Assembly: GCA_035649235.1 (NCBI GenBank) | Contig: DASRJX010000119.1 | Coordinates: 5,549 to 69,548 of the forward strand | Direction: 5' to 3' | Length of the DNA: 64,000 bases | DNA from: Candidatus Cryosericum sp. | GTDB taxonomy: Bacteria > Acidobacteriota > Polarisedimenticolia > Gp22-AA2 | In this document: piece by piece, positions 53,581 through 63,077 of the stretch | Position numbering within the stretch: the stretch's first letter is position 1 | How the letters are laid out: the number at the start of each line of letters is the position of its first letter | Translations under genes and position numbers: made by a program | The notes under the pieces: model-generated | Seen by the model: only the letters and a program-made list of their open reading frames with translations | What the model was told of the DNA's origin: nothing | Databases searched by the model: none

Positions 53581-55080
53581 ATGACAGAATCGTCATCGGA
53601 CAGAAAGGCGGGCGACCGCTTCGGGACCTACCGCGTCCTGGAGCTGATCGGCGCTGGGGGCATGGGACGGGTCTACCGCGCGCTCGACGAGGCGCTGCAG
53701 CGCGAGGTGGCTCTCAAGACCCTCCTGCCGGCCCTGGCCGCCGACGGAGAGTTCGTCACGCGCTTCACGCGGGAGGCGCGCTCCGCCGCGGCGCTGAACC
53801 ATCCGAACATCACCCAGATCTACGCCATCGGCCAGGAGGGGGAGAGCCCCTACTTCGCGATGGAGCTGATCCGGGGACGGTCGCTCGAGACGATGGTGAA
53901 AGCGGGCGGCGCGCTCGAGCCCGCGATCGCGGCGGGGTACATCATGCAGGCCGCGGCCGGGCTCCGGCATGCCGCGGACAAGGGCCTCATCCATCGCGAC
54001 GTGAAGCCGAGCAACCTCATGGTCGCGGAGGACGGCACCGTCAAGATTACCGACTTCGGCCTGGCCAAGGCCGCGCGCGCCGAGACGCAGCTGACCGCGA
54101 CCGGCGAGGTGCTCGGATCCCCCGGGTACATCTCGCCGGAGCAGGCGCAGGGGCAGCCGATCGATCTGAGGTCGGACATCTATTCCCTCGGCGCCACCTT
54201 CTACCATCTCGTCACGGGCCGCCTCCCGTTCGAGGCCACCACCGCCGTGGCGATGATCATGAAGCACATGAATGAGCCGGTCCGCTCCCCGCGCGCGGTC
54301 AACGCCGGCATCCCCTACCCGATCGCGGCGGTGATCCAGCGGATGATGGCCAAGCGGCCGGCGGAGCGCTTCCAGGATTACAACGCTCTCCTCCGGGAGC
54401 TGGAACGCGCGCTGGGCGACACGCAGCCGTCGACCGCGGCGGCCGCGGACGTGCCCGCCACCACGATGCGCCGCAAGGGGCCGCTGGACCCGGGAGCCGC
54501 CGCGGGGGCCGGCCGCGTCCCGGCACCGGCGCGCCTGCCAGCGTCCCCCGCGGCGGACGAGCGGCGCTCGCTATCCCTTCTGCCCGTGGGTCTGATGGTG
54601 GCCGTCCTGGGCCTCGTCGCCGCCGGCCTCTGGCAGCACCTGCAAGCCGCGCGGCAGGGCGAGGCGTCAGGAGGGCCGGCCTCCTCCACCGTGGTCAGCC
54701 CGTCCATCGAGGGGGAAGGCACCTACACGAGTCGTTCCGCGGCGCCGCAATCCAGCGGCGGGCCAGAGCAGGATCTTCTCGCCAGCTCGATCGCCGGCGC
54801 CTCCCGGGCGAACCTGATGTTCCTGTCGAACGATCACGATGTCCTGCCGACGGGCGGTCTGCGGGTCAAGGGGCAGGTGCAGAACTCCGGCGGCCTGCCG
54901 GCCATGAACGCTCGCGTGCGGGTGCGGCTCCTGCTCGACACCGGCGCCGTAGCGGCTCAAGGCGAGTCGCCGCTCAAGCCGCCCGTCGTCCCGCCCGGCC
55001 GCAGCGCCACGTTCGAGGTGGACCTCGACTACGCCGGCCCGATCGGCACCATCAAGGCCGAGCTCATATGGACGGACTGA
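53581..55080 (+). CDS. Ser/Thr protein kinase (Hanks type) with TM and extracytoplasmic C-terminal domain
   Basis: GAGGMGRVY, VALK, HRDVKPSNL, DFGLA, SPEQ motifs. TM helix LMVAVLGLVAAGLW. Confidence 0.85.
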   Translation: MTESSSDRKAGDRFGTYRVLELIGAGGMGRVYRALDEALQREVALKTLLPALAADGEFVTRFTREARSAAALNHPNITQIYAIGQEGESPYFAMELIRGRSLETMVKAGGALEPAIAAGYIMQAAAGLRHAADKGLIHRDVKPSNLMVAEDGTVKITDFGLAKAARAETQLTATGEVLGSPGYISPEQAQGQPIDLRSDIYSLGATFYHLVTGRLPFEATTAVAMIMKHMNEPVRSPRAVNAGIPYPIAAVIQRMMAKRPAERFQDYNALLRELERALGDTQPSTAAAADVPATTMRRKGPLDPGAAAGAGRVPAPARLPASPAADERRSLSLLPVGLMVAVLGLVAAGLWQHLQAARQGEASGGPASSTVVSPSIEGEGTYTSRSAAPQSSGGPEQDLLASSIAGASRANLMFLSNDHDVLPTGGLRVKGQVQNSGGLPAMNARVRVRLLLDTGAVAAQGESPLKPPVVPPGRSATFEVDLDYAGPIGTIKAELIWTD

Positions 55081-55239
55081 CCCCGCCGCCATTCCCGTTC
55101 CTCCCCGGTCCGGGGAGCGGCCCGCCGCCTCGCCCATTGGAGCTTCGAATTCCACGGCTTGACAGCGCCCGGGACACCACCAATAATCCGCCGCCGGGTC
55201 CGGCTGCTTGAGCACGGCGCACTCCGGGGAGCGCAATCG

Positions 55240-56700
55240 GTGAGCGACCATCAGGACGGCCGCCGGGAGTTCCGGCGCGAGCTTTCCCTCTTCGACGCGA
55301 CGATGGTCGTGGCCGGATCGATGATCGGCTCCGGCATCTTCATCGTCTCCGCCGACATCTCCCGCCAGATGGGCAGCCCGTTCTGGCTCCTCATGGTCTG
55401 GGTCGCGACGGGCGTCCTGACCGTGGTAGGGGCGCTGGCTTCGGGTGAACTGGCGTCCCTGTTCCCGAGAGCCGGCGGACAGTACGTCTACCTGCGCGAG
55501 GCATTCTCTCCCCTCATCGGCTTCCTGTACGGGTGGACGCTGTTCCTGGTGATCCAGACCGGCACCATCGCCGCCGTGGCGGTCGCCTTCGCGAAGTTCC
55601 TCGGCGTCCTGTGGCCCTGGGTCTCCCCGTCCCAGCGGCTGGTGCCGATCGTCCTCTTCGGGAGCCCGGGCGAAGGCGGTCTCGATCTCTCGATCACCTC
55701 CCAGCGGCTGGTGGCGATTCTGGTGATCGCCTTCCTGACCTGGCTCAACACGCGCGGCATCAGAACCGCCAAGTGGACGCAGAACCTGTTCACGACCACC
55801 AAGGTCGGAGCCCTGGCCTTGCTGGCGATCGTGCCCCTGCTCGGCCGGAGCGACCCAGTCGCCGTCGAGGCCAACTTCGGCGGCGGCCGGTTCCTGGGCG
55901 ACGCCGGGATCCACCTGGCGCTGCTGATGACCTTCGGAGCGGCCATGGTCGGATCGCTGTTCTCCGCGGACGCCTGGAACAACATCTGCTTCGCCGGCGA
56001 CGAGGTGAAGGAGCCGCACCGCACGCTGCCGCGCAGCATGGTGCTCGGGACCCTCCTGGTCACGGCCCTCTACTGCCTGGCGAACGTGGCCTACCTCAAC
56101 CTCCTGCCGTTGCAGGGGACGCCGGATGGCGCCTCGGTGATCGAGCGGGGGATCCAGCATGCGGCGGAGGATCGCGTCGGCACGGCGGGCGTGCAGGTGC
56201 TGTTCGGACCCCTCGGCGGGGCCATCATGGCCGTGCTCATCATCATCTCGACCTTCGGCTGCGAGAATGGCCTGATCCTGGCTGGCCCGCGTCTCTATTA
56301 CGCCATGGCGAAGGACGGCCTCTTCTTCCGCAAGGCCGGGGATCTGGACCGGCACGCGGTGCCGGCCTGGGGGCTCGTGGTGCAGGGGATCTGGGCCGCC
56401 GTCCTGACGCTCTCGGGGCGCTACGGCGACCTGCTCGACTACATCATCCTGGCGGCCATGCTCTTCTACGCCCTCACGGTCTCGGGCCTGTTCGTGCTCC
56501 GCTGGCGGCGGCCGGAAGCTCCACGGCCCTACAAGGTCCCGGGGTACCCCTGGCTTCCCGCCCTCTACGTCCTGGCCACGATCGCCATCATGATCGACCT
56601 GTTGATCGTGAAGCCGACCTACACGTGGCCGGGGCTCCTCATCGTGCTGAGCGGCGTCCCGGTCTACTTCTTCTGGCGGAGCCGCTCGCGGACGTCCTGA
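55240..56700 (+). CDS. APC-family amino-acid permease
   Basis: 12-TM, MVVAGSMIGSGIF signature. GTG 55240 start (alternative ATG 55159). Confidence 0.8.
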   Translation: MSDHQDGRREFRRELSLFDATMVVAGSMIGSGIFIVSADISRQMGSPFWLLMVWVATGVLTVVGALASGELASLFPRAGGQYVYLREAFSPLIGFLYGWTLFLVIQTGTIAAVAVAFAKFLGVLWPWVSPSQRLVPIVLFGSPGEGGLDLSITSQRLVAILVIAFLTWLNTRGIRTAKWTQNLFTTTKVGALALLAIVPLLGRSDPVAVEANFGGGRFLGDAGIHLALLMTFGAAMVGSLFSADAWNNICFAGDEVKEPHRTLPRSMVLGTLLVTALYCLANVAYLNLLPLQGTPDGASVIERGIQHAAEDRVGTAGVQVLFGPLGGAIMAVLIIISTFGCENGLILAGPRLYYAMAKDGLFFRKAGDLDRHAVPAWGLVVQGIWAAVLTLSGRYGDLLDYIILAAMLFYALTVSGLFVLRWRRPEAPRPYKVPGYPWLPALYVLATIAIMIDLLIVKPTYTWPGLLIVLSGVPVYFFWRSRSRTS

Positions 56701-57296
56701 GCCGGCGCGCGCTCCGGCGGCGCCTGCGCTTCCCCCAGCCGCGAGGCTCGGTAGATGTAGTGCAGCCCGGACGACACGGTCAGAGCCAGCGTGAACCAGC
56801 CCAGCCCCAGGACCAGGATCGGCGCCGGGCGGTTCAGGGTGTTGAGGAGCAGGACCACGCCGACGGTCAGGATCTGCGTCAGCGTCGTGAGCTTGCCCAG
56901 GGCGCTCGGCGGGAAGCTGGCGACCCCCGAGGTCAGGTGCATGAGCAGGGCGAGCATCACGATGAAGACGTCGCGACTGATGGTCACGATCGTGAGGTAG
57001 ATCGGAATGTGATTGGCGATCTCGAATTCGGGGATCGTCTTCGGATGATCCGGAATCGACAGGACGATGAAGCAGGCGGTCATCAGAAGCTTGTCGGCCG
57101 TCGGATCGAGAAAGGCGCCCAGGCGCGAGCTCTGCTTGTAGCGCCGGGCCACCAGCCCGTCCAGACCGTCGGTGACGCCGGCCAGGATGAACACCAGAAG
57201 CGCCCATCCCGGATGATTCGACAAGATGAGCGTGATCAAGAGCGGGATGAGGACCATCCGGAAGATGGTCAGGACGTTGGGGAGCGTCAGGCCCAT
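56664..57296 (-). CDS. pgsA: CDP-diacylglycerol--glycerol-3-phosphate 3-phosphatidyltransferase
   Basis: CDP-alcohol phosphatidyltransferase motif DGxxAR...G...D...AD (GVTDGLDGLVARRYKQSSRLGAFLDPTADK). Confidence 0.8.
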   Translation of the reverse strand: MGLTLPNVLTIFRMVLIPLLITLILSNHPGWALLVFILAGVTDGLDGLVARRYKQSSRLGAFLDPTADKLLMTACFIVLSIPDHPKTIPEFEIANHIPIYLTIVTISRDVFIVMLALLMHLTSGVASFPPSALGKLTTLTQILTVGVVLLLNTLNRPAPILVLGLGWFTLALTVSSGLHYIYRASRLGEAQAPPERAPAQDVRERLRQKK

Positions 57297-58255
57297 GCCG
57301 CATCCCACCGGAGCCGGAGCTCCCGGCCCGCATGCTCGAGCGCCGCGTCGAAGGGCGCGGGCGATCCCGGATCGACCTCGAACCACGCGACGCCGGGCTC
57401 CTTCTTGAACCAGGTCCACTGCCGCTTGGCGTAGCGCCGCGTGTTGCGCCGCGTCAGGGCCATCGCCTCCTCGAGGCTGCGCTCGCCCCGGAGGTGCGAC
57501 AGCACCTCCCGGTAACCGAGCGCCTTGAGGGCGTTCGCGGAGGGAGGACAACCGGAGGCGAGCAGCCCCCGGACCTCCTCGACCAGTCCGGCGGCGAAAA
57601 ACCCGTCCACGCGGACGTCGATCCTCCGGTGGAGCTCGTCGCGACGCATCACGAGGCCGACCTTGACGGCATCGTAGCGATCTTCGCCGAACGGCGACGC
57701 GCCGATGAGGGAGGATAGAGGGCGGCCCGCGCTGAAGAAGACTTCCAGCGCGCGCGCGATCCGCTGCCGATCCCGTTCCGGCAGACGGGAGGCCGTCGCC
57801 GGATCCACGCGCCGCAACATACGGTGCAGCCACGGCACGCCCCGGCGCGCGGCCAGCGCCTCGAGACGAGCGCGCAAATGCTTTGACCGGCGCGGCGCCT
57901 CGGCCACGCCGCGCAGGAGGCCGCGCAGGTACAACCCGGTGCCTCCGACGAGGACCGGAAGGCGGCCGCGCGCCCGGATCCCCTCGATCGATCGCTCCGC
58001 CGACCGCACGAAGTCCCCCAGGGAGAAGTCCTCACCCGGGTCCGCCAGGTCGATGCCGTGGTGCGGCACGCGGGCCCGTTCGCCCTGCGCCGGCTTCGAC
58101 GTGGCCGTCTCCAGCCCGCGGTAGACCTGCATCGAATCGACACTGACGATCTCGCCTCCGAACAACTCACAGGCGCGCAGCGCGAAGGCGCTCTTGCCCA
58201 CCGCGGTCGGTCCGATGACCGCGAGCACGGCGGGTCGCAGCGCGCCCCCCGTCAA
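57287..58255 (-). CDS. miaA: tRNA dimethylallyltransferase
   Basis: P-loop GPTAVGKS, conserved MiaA core (DSMQVYRGL...T.KP). Confidence 0.9.
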   Translation of the reverse strand: MTGGALRPAVLAVIGPTAVGKSAFALRACELFGGEIVSVDSMQVYRGLETATSKPAQGERARVPHHGIDLADPGEDFSLGDFVRSAERSIEGIRARGRLPVLVGGTGLYLRGLLRGVAEAPRRSKHLRARLEALAARRGVPWLHRMLRRVDPATASRLPERDRQRIARALEVFFSAGRPLSSLIGASPFGEDRYDAVKVGLVMRRDELHRRIDVRVDGFFAAGLVEEVRGLLASGCPPSANALKALGYREVLSHLRGERSLEEAMALTRRNTRRYAKRQWTWFKKEPGVAWFEVDPGSPAPFDAALEHAGRELRLRWDAAWA

Positions 58256-58258
58256 AGG

Positions 58259-58567
58259 TCAGCGCCCCCGCTCGCGCTCCTGATCGCGGTACCGGTTGAT
58301 GGTCTCGACCAGGTGATCTTCGCAATAGACCCGGCCACGCGCCACGCGCCGGCCGCACCGCGGGCAGGCGGGTGCCGTGATCCCCGATCGGGCACGCGCC
58401 ACGAGGGACGCCACCAGCCCACCCACGAGGCTGGCCGCGCCCGCCGCCAGCACGATGCGGAACAGCCGGGGGTCCGCGCCGCCCCAGAAGGTGTCGAAGA
58501 GGAAGAGATAGAGCACATCCCCCACGACGAGCAGCGTTCCGATGCGGGACAGGAGCCTCGAGATCAC
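58259..58567 (-). CDS. Small membrane protein with C-terminal zinc-ribbon (CPRCG...YCEDH)
   Basis: Two TM helices plus CxxC...C.DH. 102 aa. Confidence 0.4.
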   Translation of the reverse strand: MISRLLSRIGTLLVVGDVLYLFLFDTFWGGADPRLFRIVLAAGAASLVGGLVASLVARARSGITAPACPRCGRRVARGRVYCEDHLVETINRYRDQERERGR

Positions 58568-59694
58568 TGTAGCCCCTCCGGCTTCGCGAGGGAGAGCAGC
58601 CCGTCGCGCCGCAACTCGTGCAGCACACGCTGCTCATGCTCCGGACCCAGCGTCTGCCGCAGGATCAGCAGCTCGCGATACAGGAGCTCGCTCAGACCCT
58701 GCACGAGCGCGTCGCGCCGTCCGCCGCGCGAGAGGGTGCGGACGTTGTCGCCCAGAATGCCCTCGTCCAGCGTGCCGTCACCCGCCAGCCGCGCGCGCCG
58801 GAACAGAGGCTGCGAGGACTGCTCCAGGTCCCGGAGCGAGGCGGCGAGCAGGTCCTCCGAGATGGGACCCAACTCGAGCGTCATGTACTGATAGACGCGC
58901 CCGTACAGGCCGTTGAACTGCCGGACGATGGTCTCGATGGCCGCGGGGTCCGGCTCCTCGTCCGGAGTGGCGGCCTGCGGCCGGGGCCGGATACGACCGA
59001 GCGTGAGTAGCAGGAACAGGATGCGGCGTGTTTCCGCCTCCGTGTACTCGGCTCCCGCCTCCAGCTCCCCGACCGTCCGGCCGCCGTCCAGGAGCGCCAG
59101 GAGGTGCTGCTCCTGGGGCTCGAGGCGGACGACTCCTCCATCCGGCACCGGCTCGAAGATCCAGTCGGCCGACGGGATCCGGGCGCGGAACAGCTCCGGG
59201 TCGCTCACGCGTCGGAGGCCTTCGGCCACCAGGTCCAGGATCGGGAGGTCGATCGGCGTGGACCATCCCGAAGGGCTTCGTCTCTCCTCGAAGAGGTACT
59301 CGCCGTCGGTCCACTCGAAGAGCGCCTTGACGATGCGGCGCGCCTGCTCCCGTCGCGCCTCGATCAGATCCCTGGGGCTCAGGGCGCCGCAGGCGATGAG
59401 GGCCCGGCCGATGCCCGCCTCCGGGTTCGCGGCCTCGAAGGCGCGGGCCTGCTCCTGCTGCGCCGCCGTGATGCACCCGGTCGCCAGCAGGATCGCCTCG
59501 AGTCGGTCGTCGGGGTGGTTCGAGGCGGCCCGGACCACGAACTCCCCCCGCAGATCGAGAACGACCTCCACGCCGCTCCGGCGTAGCTCCAGCCGGCCCG
59601 GGCGGTTCAGGCTCTTCAGGAACACCAGGATGTCGGCGATGCTGAGCGCCTTCAGTCTGCCTCGGAAGGTGGGATCGCTGGTCGGCACGCTCAC
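58564..59694 (-). CDS. PATAN (DUF4388) domain protein (third copy in window)
   Basis: ...LKALSIADILVFLKSLNRPGRLELRRSGVEVVLDLRGEFVVRAASN... GTG 59694 (alternative ATG 59775). Confidence 0.55.
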   Translation of the reverse strand: MSVPTSDPTFRGRLKALSIADILVFLKSLNRPGRLELRRSGVEVVLDLRGEFVVRAASNHPDDRLEAILLATGCITAAQQEQARAFEAANPEAGIGRALIACGALSPRDLIEARREQARRIVKALFEWTDGEYLFEERRSPSGWSTPIDLPILDLVAEGLRRVSDPELFRARIPSADWIFEPVPDGGVVRLEPQEQHLLALLDGGRTVGELEAGAEYTEAETRRILFLLLTLGRIRPRPQAATPDEEPDPAAIETIVRQFNGLYGRVYQYMTLELGPISEDLLAASLRDLEQSSQPLFRRARLAGDGTLDEGILGDNVRTLSRGGRRDALVQGLSELLYRELLILRQTLGPEHEQRVLHELRRDGLLSLAKPEGLQ

Positions 59695-59812
59695 TCGAGC
59701 CGGGGTAGGGGCCGCGTCGGGAGCGCCCGATCGGCCCGGGCGCCCGATTATCCTTGCCGGCCGCCGGGGTGTCAACCGGCGCGCGAGCCCGGCGACCCGC
59801 CCCGGCCGCCGC

Positions 59813-62050
59813 TCAGTTCGCGGCGCGGGCCGGCGTGACCGCCGCGAGGTCGCTGATGTCGACGCCGGTGTAATAGTGGCGGAGGATCTCGTCGAACTTC
59901 TTGCCGCGCAGGGCCATCCCGTAGGCGCCGACCTGGCAGAGCCCGAGCCCGTGCCCCCAGCCCTTGCCGCTGAAGATGAACTGCTCTACCGAGCCGTTCG
60001 TCGCGTAGGTGCGATCCACGGTGAACAGGTTCTCGCGGATGCCGAAGGCGGTGCGGATGCGGAACCCGCGCAGGAAGAAATCGCCCCGGCTGCCGGTGAT
60101 CCGCACCTCGACGACCCGCCCGCTCACGCCGCGGCGGGTCGGCACGATGTCGACGAGAGTCCCCAGGTCCACGCGCTGGCGCAGGAGCGCCTCGAGCTCG
60201 GGGCGGGTGCGCCGCTCCTCCCAGCGGTACAGGGAGGAATAGCGGTCGTCGGAGACGCCGCGCTGGTTGGCGATCACCTTGAGGTAGTTGACGGAGCCGT
60301 CCGGCGCCGCGTGGTAGAGGACCCGGTCGCCCAGAGTCAGAGGGACGCTGCGGGCGGGATACGACACGTCCCGGAAGGAGCGGAACAACGCCGCGTCGGG
60401 GGCCATCGCGAGGGTCACCGAGAGCTCGTCTTTCTTCGACTCCAGGATGATCTTGTCCGAGTCGCTGCCGCGGTAGGTGGCCGGCTGGCGGCCGAGCCCG
60501 CCGTAGAAATCGAGGACGCGGTAGAGCGCCCGCAGGAGCAGACCGCGCGATGGCGGGTGGTTGGGCCGCAGGGAGTTGTCGGGAAACGGCTCCAGGATCC
60601 CTTCCAGCACGAGCATCGCGTAAGGCCGGCGGGCGTCGGCCGGCACCTCGTCGCGATCGCGGAACGCCAGCAGGTACGGCAGGTCGCGCTCGTCGAGCGA
60701 CAGCTTCATCTTCTCGTCCCAGCCGAGGGAGCTCGCGAGGAAGGTCGCGAACGCGTGCATGACCAGGCGATCGCCGGCGATCCCCTTCGGATCGGCTTTC
60801 TTCCCAACCTGGCCCAGGGCGAGCCCGGTCCAGCGCTCCGCCTCGGCCGCTCGGCAGGAGGCCAGGAGCCAGGATCGGTCGAGCGCCTCCTCCCCCACCA
60901 CGCCGTGCAGCCGCAGCATCTGGACCTCCTCGTTGACGCGCGACCCATCCTCGAGGACCACCGCGTCGAGCCAGGAGTTCCCGGTGACCGTGCGGCTCTC
61001 CGCCTCGGCCTCCGGGTAGCACGGCACTCCCTTCAGGTAGGTCCCTTTCTCCTCCGGGAAGATCAGATTGCCGTCCTCGGTGTGTCCGCCGCAGGTCGAG
61101 GTGTACAGCGCGTGGATCGGCTGGCCGTCGAAGACCAGGACGAGACCCCGGGTCTCCGCCAGGGCCTGGTCGGTGAGCGGATGCTCCGTGCCGGCGCCCT
61201 TGTAGACCTGGCACTGCGCGGAGTCGCAGATGTCGTAGCCGCTCTCGGAGAACTGCCCGAGGTTGGCGACGACGTAGGTCCGCGCCGCCACCGCCTGCGC
61301 CTTGAGCGCTTCGAGCTCGGGATAGACGCCTGGTCCCATCTCGTTCGGCACCACGCCCTTGAGGTAGTCCTCCATACCGAGCTGATTGATGAGACGCAGG
61401 CGGCCGGCCTTGTCGACGCGCACCTCGAGCGTGCCGCGGTAGGAGGTCTGCTCGAGGCGCAGCGGCTGCCCGGCCCGCGCCGACTCGACGAGGACCCGAT
61501 CGTGTCCGGTCAGGAAGTTGTTCCAGCGGTCGTCGACCAGCCGCACGCGCCGGCGCCCGGTGGCCTCCGCCGCCTCCTCGGTGATCCAGAGCTCGCGGTA
61601 GCCCTCGTCCGCCAGCCGCTGCGAGAGGGCGGCCGCCTCCTCGCGCGTCCGGGACTCCCCCACTCGCACGCGCCAGGCGCGCCGATCGGGGTGGTACGCG
61701 ATCACCACCTTCTCCGTCTTGAGGAGGTTTTCGAGCGCCTGTCTCTTCTCCTCCGCGGCCTCCTGCGTGGCATAGGACCCGACCTGCACCCTGTAGATCA
61801 CGACCGCCCCGTGCCCCGAGGCCTCGGAGACGAACGTGAGGCCGGGATCGAAGACCTTTTTCCAGATGGCGCCGCGCCGCGCCGGGTCGCGCACCACGAC
61901 GCCGCCTTCGGCCGTCACGCGCACGCGGACCGGATCGGTCGTCAGCCCGATGCGGACGGTCGGTGGGGCTGATGGGGGCGCCGCGGCCGTGCCGACGGGC
62001 GCGACCGCCAGCAGGGCGAGCAGCCCGACGGCGGAAAGGTTCGGCCTCAT
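59813..62050 (-). CDS. SpoIID/LytB-family protein with N-terminal SPOR domain (putative lytic transglycosylase / amidase enhancer)
   Basis: ATG 62050. Signal peptide. SPOR-like IYRVQVGSYATQEAAEE...WRVRVGESRTREEAAAL. SpoIID motif LYTSTCGGHTEDGNLIF. 745 aa. The six-frame ORF extends spuriously upstream. Confidence 0.7.
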   Translation of the reverse strand: MRPNLSAVGLLALLAVAPVGTAAAPPSAPPTVRIGLTTDPVRVRVTAEGGVVVRDPARRGAIWKKVFDPGLTFVSEASGHGAVVIYRVQVGSYATQEAAEEKRQALENLLKTEKVVIAYHPDRRAWRVRVGESRTREEAAALSQRLADEGYRELWITEEAAEATGRRRVRLVDDRWNNFLTGHDRVLVESARAGQPLRLEQTSYRGTLEVRVDKAGRLRLINQLGMEDYLKGVVPNEMGPGVYPELEALKAQAVAARTYVVANLGQFSESGYDICDSAQCQVYKGAGTEHPLTDQALAETRGLVLVFDGQPIHALYTSTCGGHTEDGNLIFPEEKGTYLKGVPCYPEAEAESRTVTGNSWLDAVVLEDGSRVNEEVQMLRLHGVVGEEALDRSWLLASCRAAEAERWTGLALGQVGKKADPKGIAGDRLVMHAFATFLASSLGWDEKMKLSLDERDLPYLLAFRDRDEVPADARRPYAMLVLEGILEPFPDNSLRPNHPPSRGLLLRALYRVLDFYGGLGRQPATYRGSDSDKIILESKKDELSVTLAMAPDAALFRSFRDVSYPARSVPLTLGDRVLYHAAPDGSVNYLKVIANQRGVSDDRYSSLYRWEERRTRPELEALLRQRVDLGTLVDIVPTRRGVSGRVVEVRITGSRGDFFLRGFRIRTAFGIRENLFTVDRTYATNGSVEQFIFSGKGWGHGLGLCQVGAYGMALRGKKFDEILRHYYTGVDISDLAAVTPARAAN

Positions 62051-62649
62051 CGGGGAGCGGTGAGGCGCAGGAACTCGCCCCGGAGCGCCGGCCGCCGGTG
62101 GAACGCGCCGGTGTACGACGTCGTCACCACGCGCGGGGAGCCCTTGCGGCCCCCGCGGATCGTCATGCAGGCGTGCTCCGCCTCCATGCGGCAGGCCGTC
62201 CCCTCGGGATGGATGGCTTCCTCCAGGGCGGAGGTCACCTGCCGCGTCAGCCTCTCCTGGAGCTGCAGGCGGCAGGCCAGGACATCGACCAGCCTTGCGA
62301 CCCTCGACAGCCCGATGATGCGGCCGTCCGGGAGATAGGCGACGTGCGCCGTGCCCCGGAACGGCAGGAGATGGTGCACGCAGACCGACGCGAAGGGGAT
62401 GTCGCGGACCACGACCATGCCCCGGTCGCGCGAGGCGAACCCGTTCTTCAAGATACGCTCCGGGCGCTCGCGGTACCCCGAGAGGATCTCGTCCGCCCAG
62501 GTGTCCGCCACGCGCTGCGGCGTGCGGCGCAGATCGCGGCGCAGATCGACCTCGCCAACGCCGGACAGGAAGAGGCGCGCCGCGCGCAGGAGGGTCCGGC
62601 GGTGAGGTCCGCGCCTCGTCCTCCGGGTGGAAGCGGGCCGCCGGGTCAT
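62047..62649 (-). CDS. folE: GTP cyclohydrolase I
   Basis: VVRDIPFASVCVHHLLPFRGTAHVAYLP...GLSRVARLV matches the FolE core. 200 aa. Confidence 0.85.
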   Translation of the reverse strand: MTRRPASTRRTRRGPHRRTLLRAARLFLSGVGEVDLRRDLRRTPQRVADTWADEILSGYRERPERILKNGFASRDRGMVVVRDIPFASVCVHHLLPFRGTAHVAYLPDGRIIGLSRVARLVDVLACRLQLQERLTRQVTSALEEAIHPEGTACRMEAEHACMTIRGGRKGSPRVVTTSYTGAFHRRPALRGEFLRLTAPR

Positions 62650-63050
62650 TTCGGCTGGTTCTTCTCGTAGGCGTCGCGCGTGGCGCGGTCGAGGGCGCTC
62701 CCCTCGGTCGGCGTGCAGGCGCAGTGGCCTTTCTTGTCGACCGCCACGTGGCCGGAATCCTTGTGGCACTTGCCATCGCAGTGGCCGCAGATGTGGTCGG
62801 TGCAGACGACGCGGATGATGCGGGGCGGGGCCTCCGTCGGCGGCGCGGGCTCCGTCGGAGGCGAGGCCGGCGCCGCGGAGGGCACGGCCGCGGCCGGCGG
62901 CGCCGGCTCCTGCGCCGGCGCGGGGGGCGCCTCCTGGGCGGCGGCGGTCTCGGCCAGGGGTCGTCCCGCGACCAGAAGGACGATCGCCAGGGTGGCGCTT
63001 CCCAGCACCGCCGCCAGAACGAGCCTCCATCGGTCCGTCTCAACGCGCAT
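62646..63050 (-). CDS. Membrane-anchored protein with Pro/Ala-rich linker and Cys/His-rich C-terminal putative metal-binding domain
   Basis: TM (LVLAAVLGSATLAIVLLVAG), then ...VVCTDHICGHCDGKCHKDSGHVAVDKKGHCAC.... No family. Confidence 0.4.
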   Translation of the reverse strand: MRVETDRWRLVLAAVLGSATLAIVLLVAGRPLAETAAAQEAPPAPAQEPAPPAAAVPSAAPASPPTEPAPPTEAPPRIIRVVCTDHICGHCDGKCHKDSGHVAVDKKGHCACTPTEGSALDRATRDAYEKNQPK

Positions 63051-63077
63051 GATCCACCTCGTCAGTCGTCGATCCGG

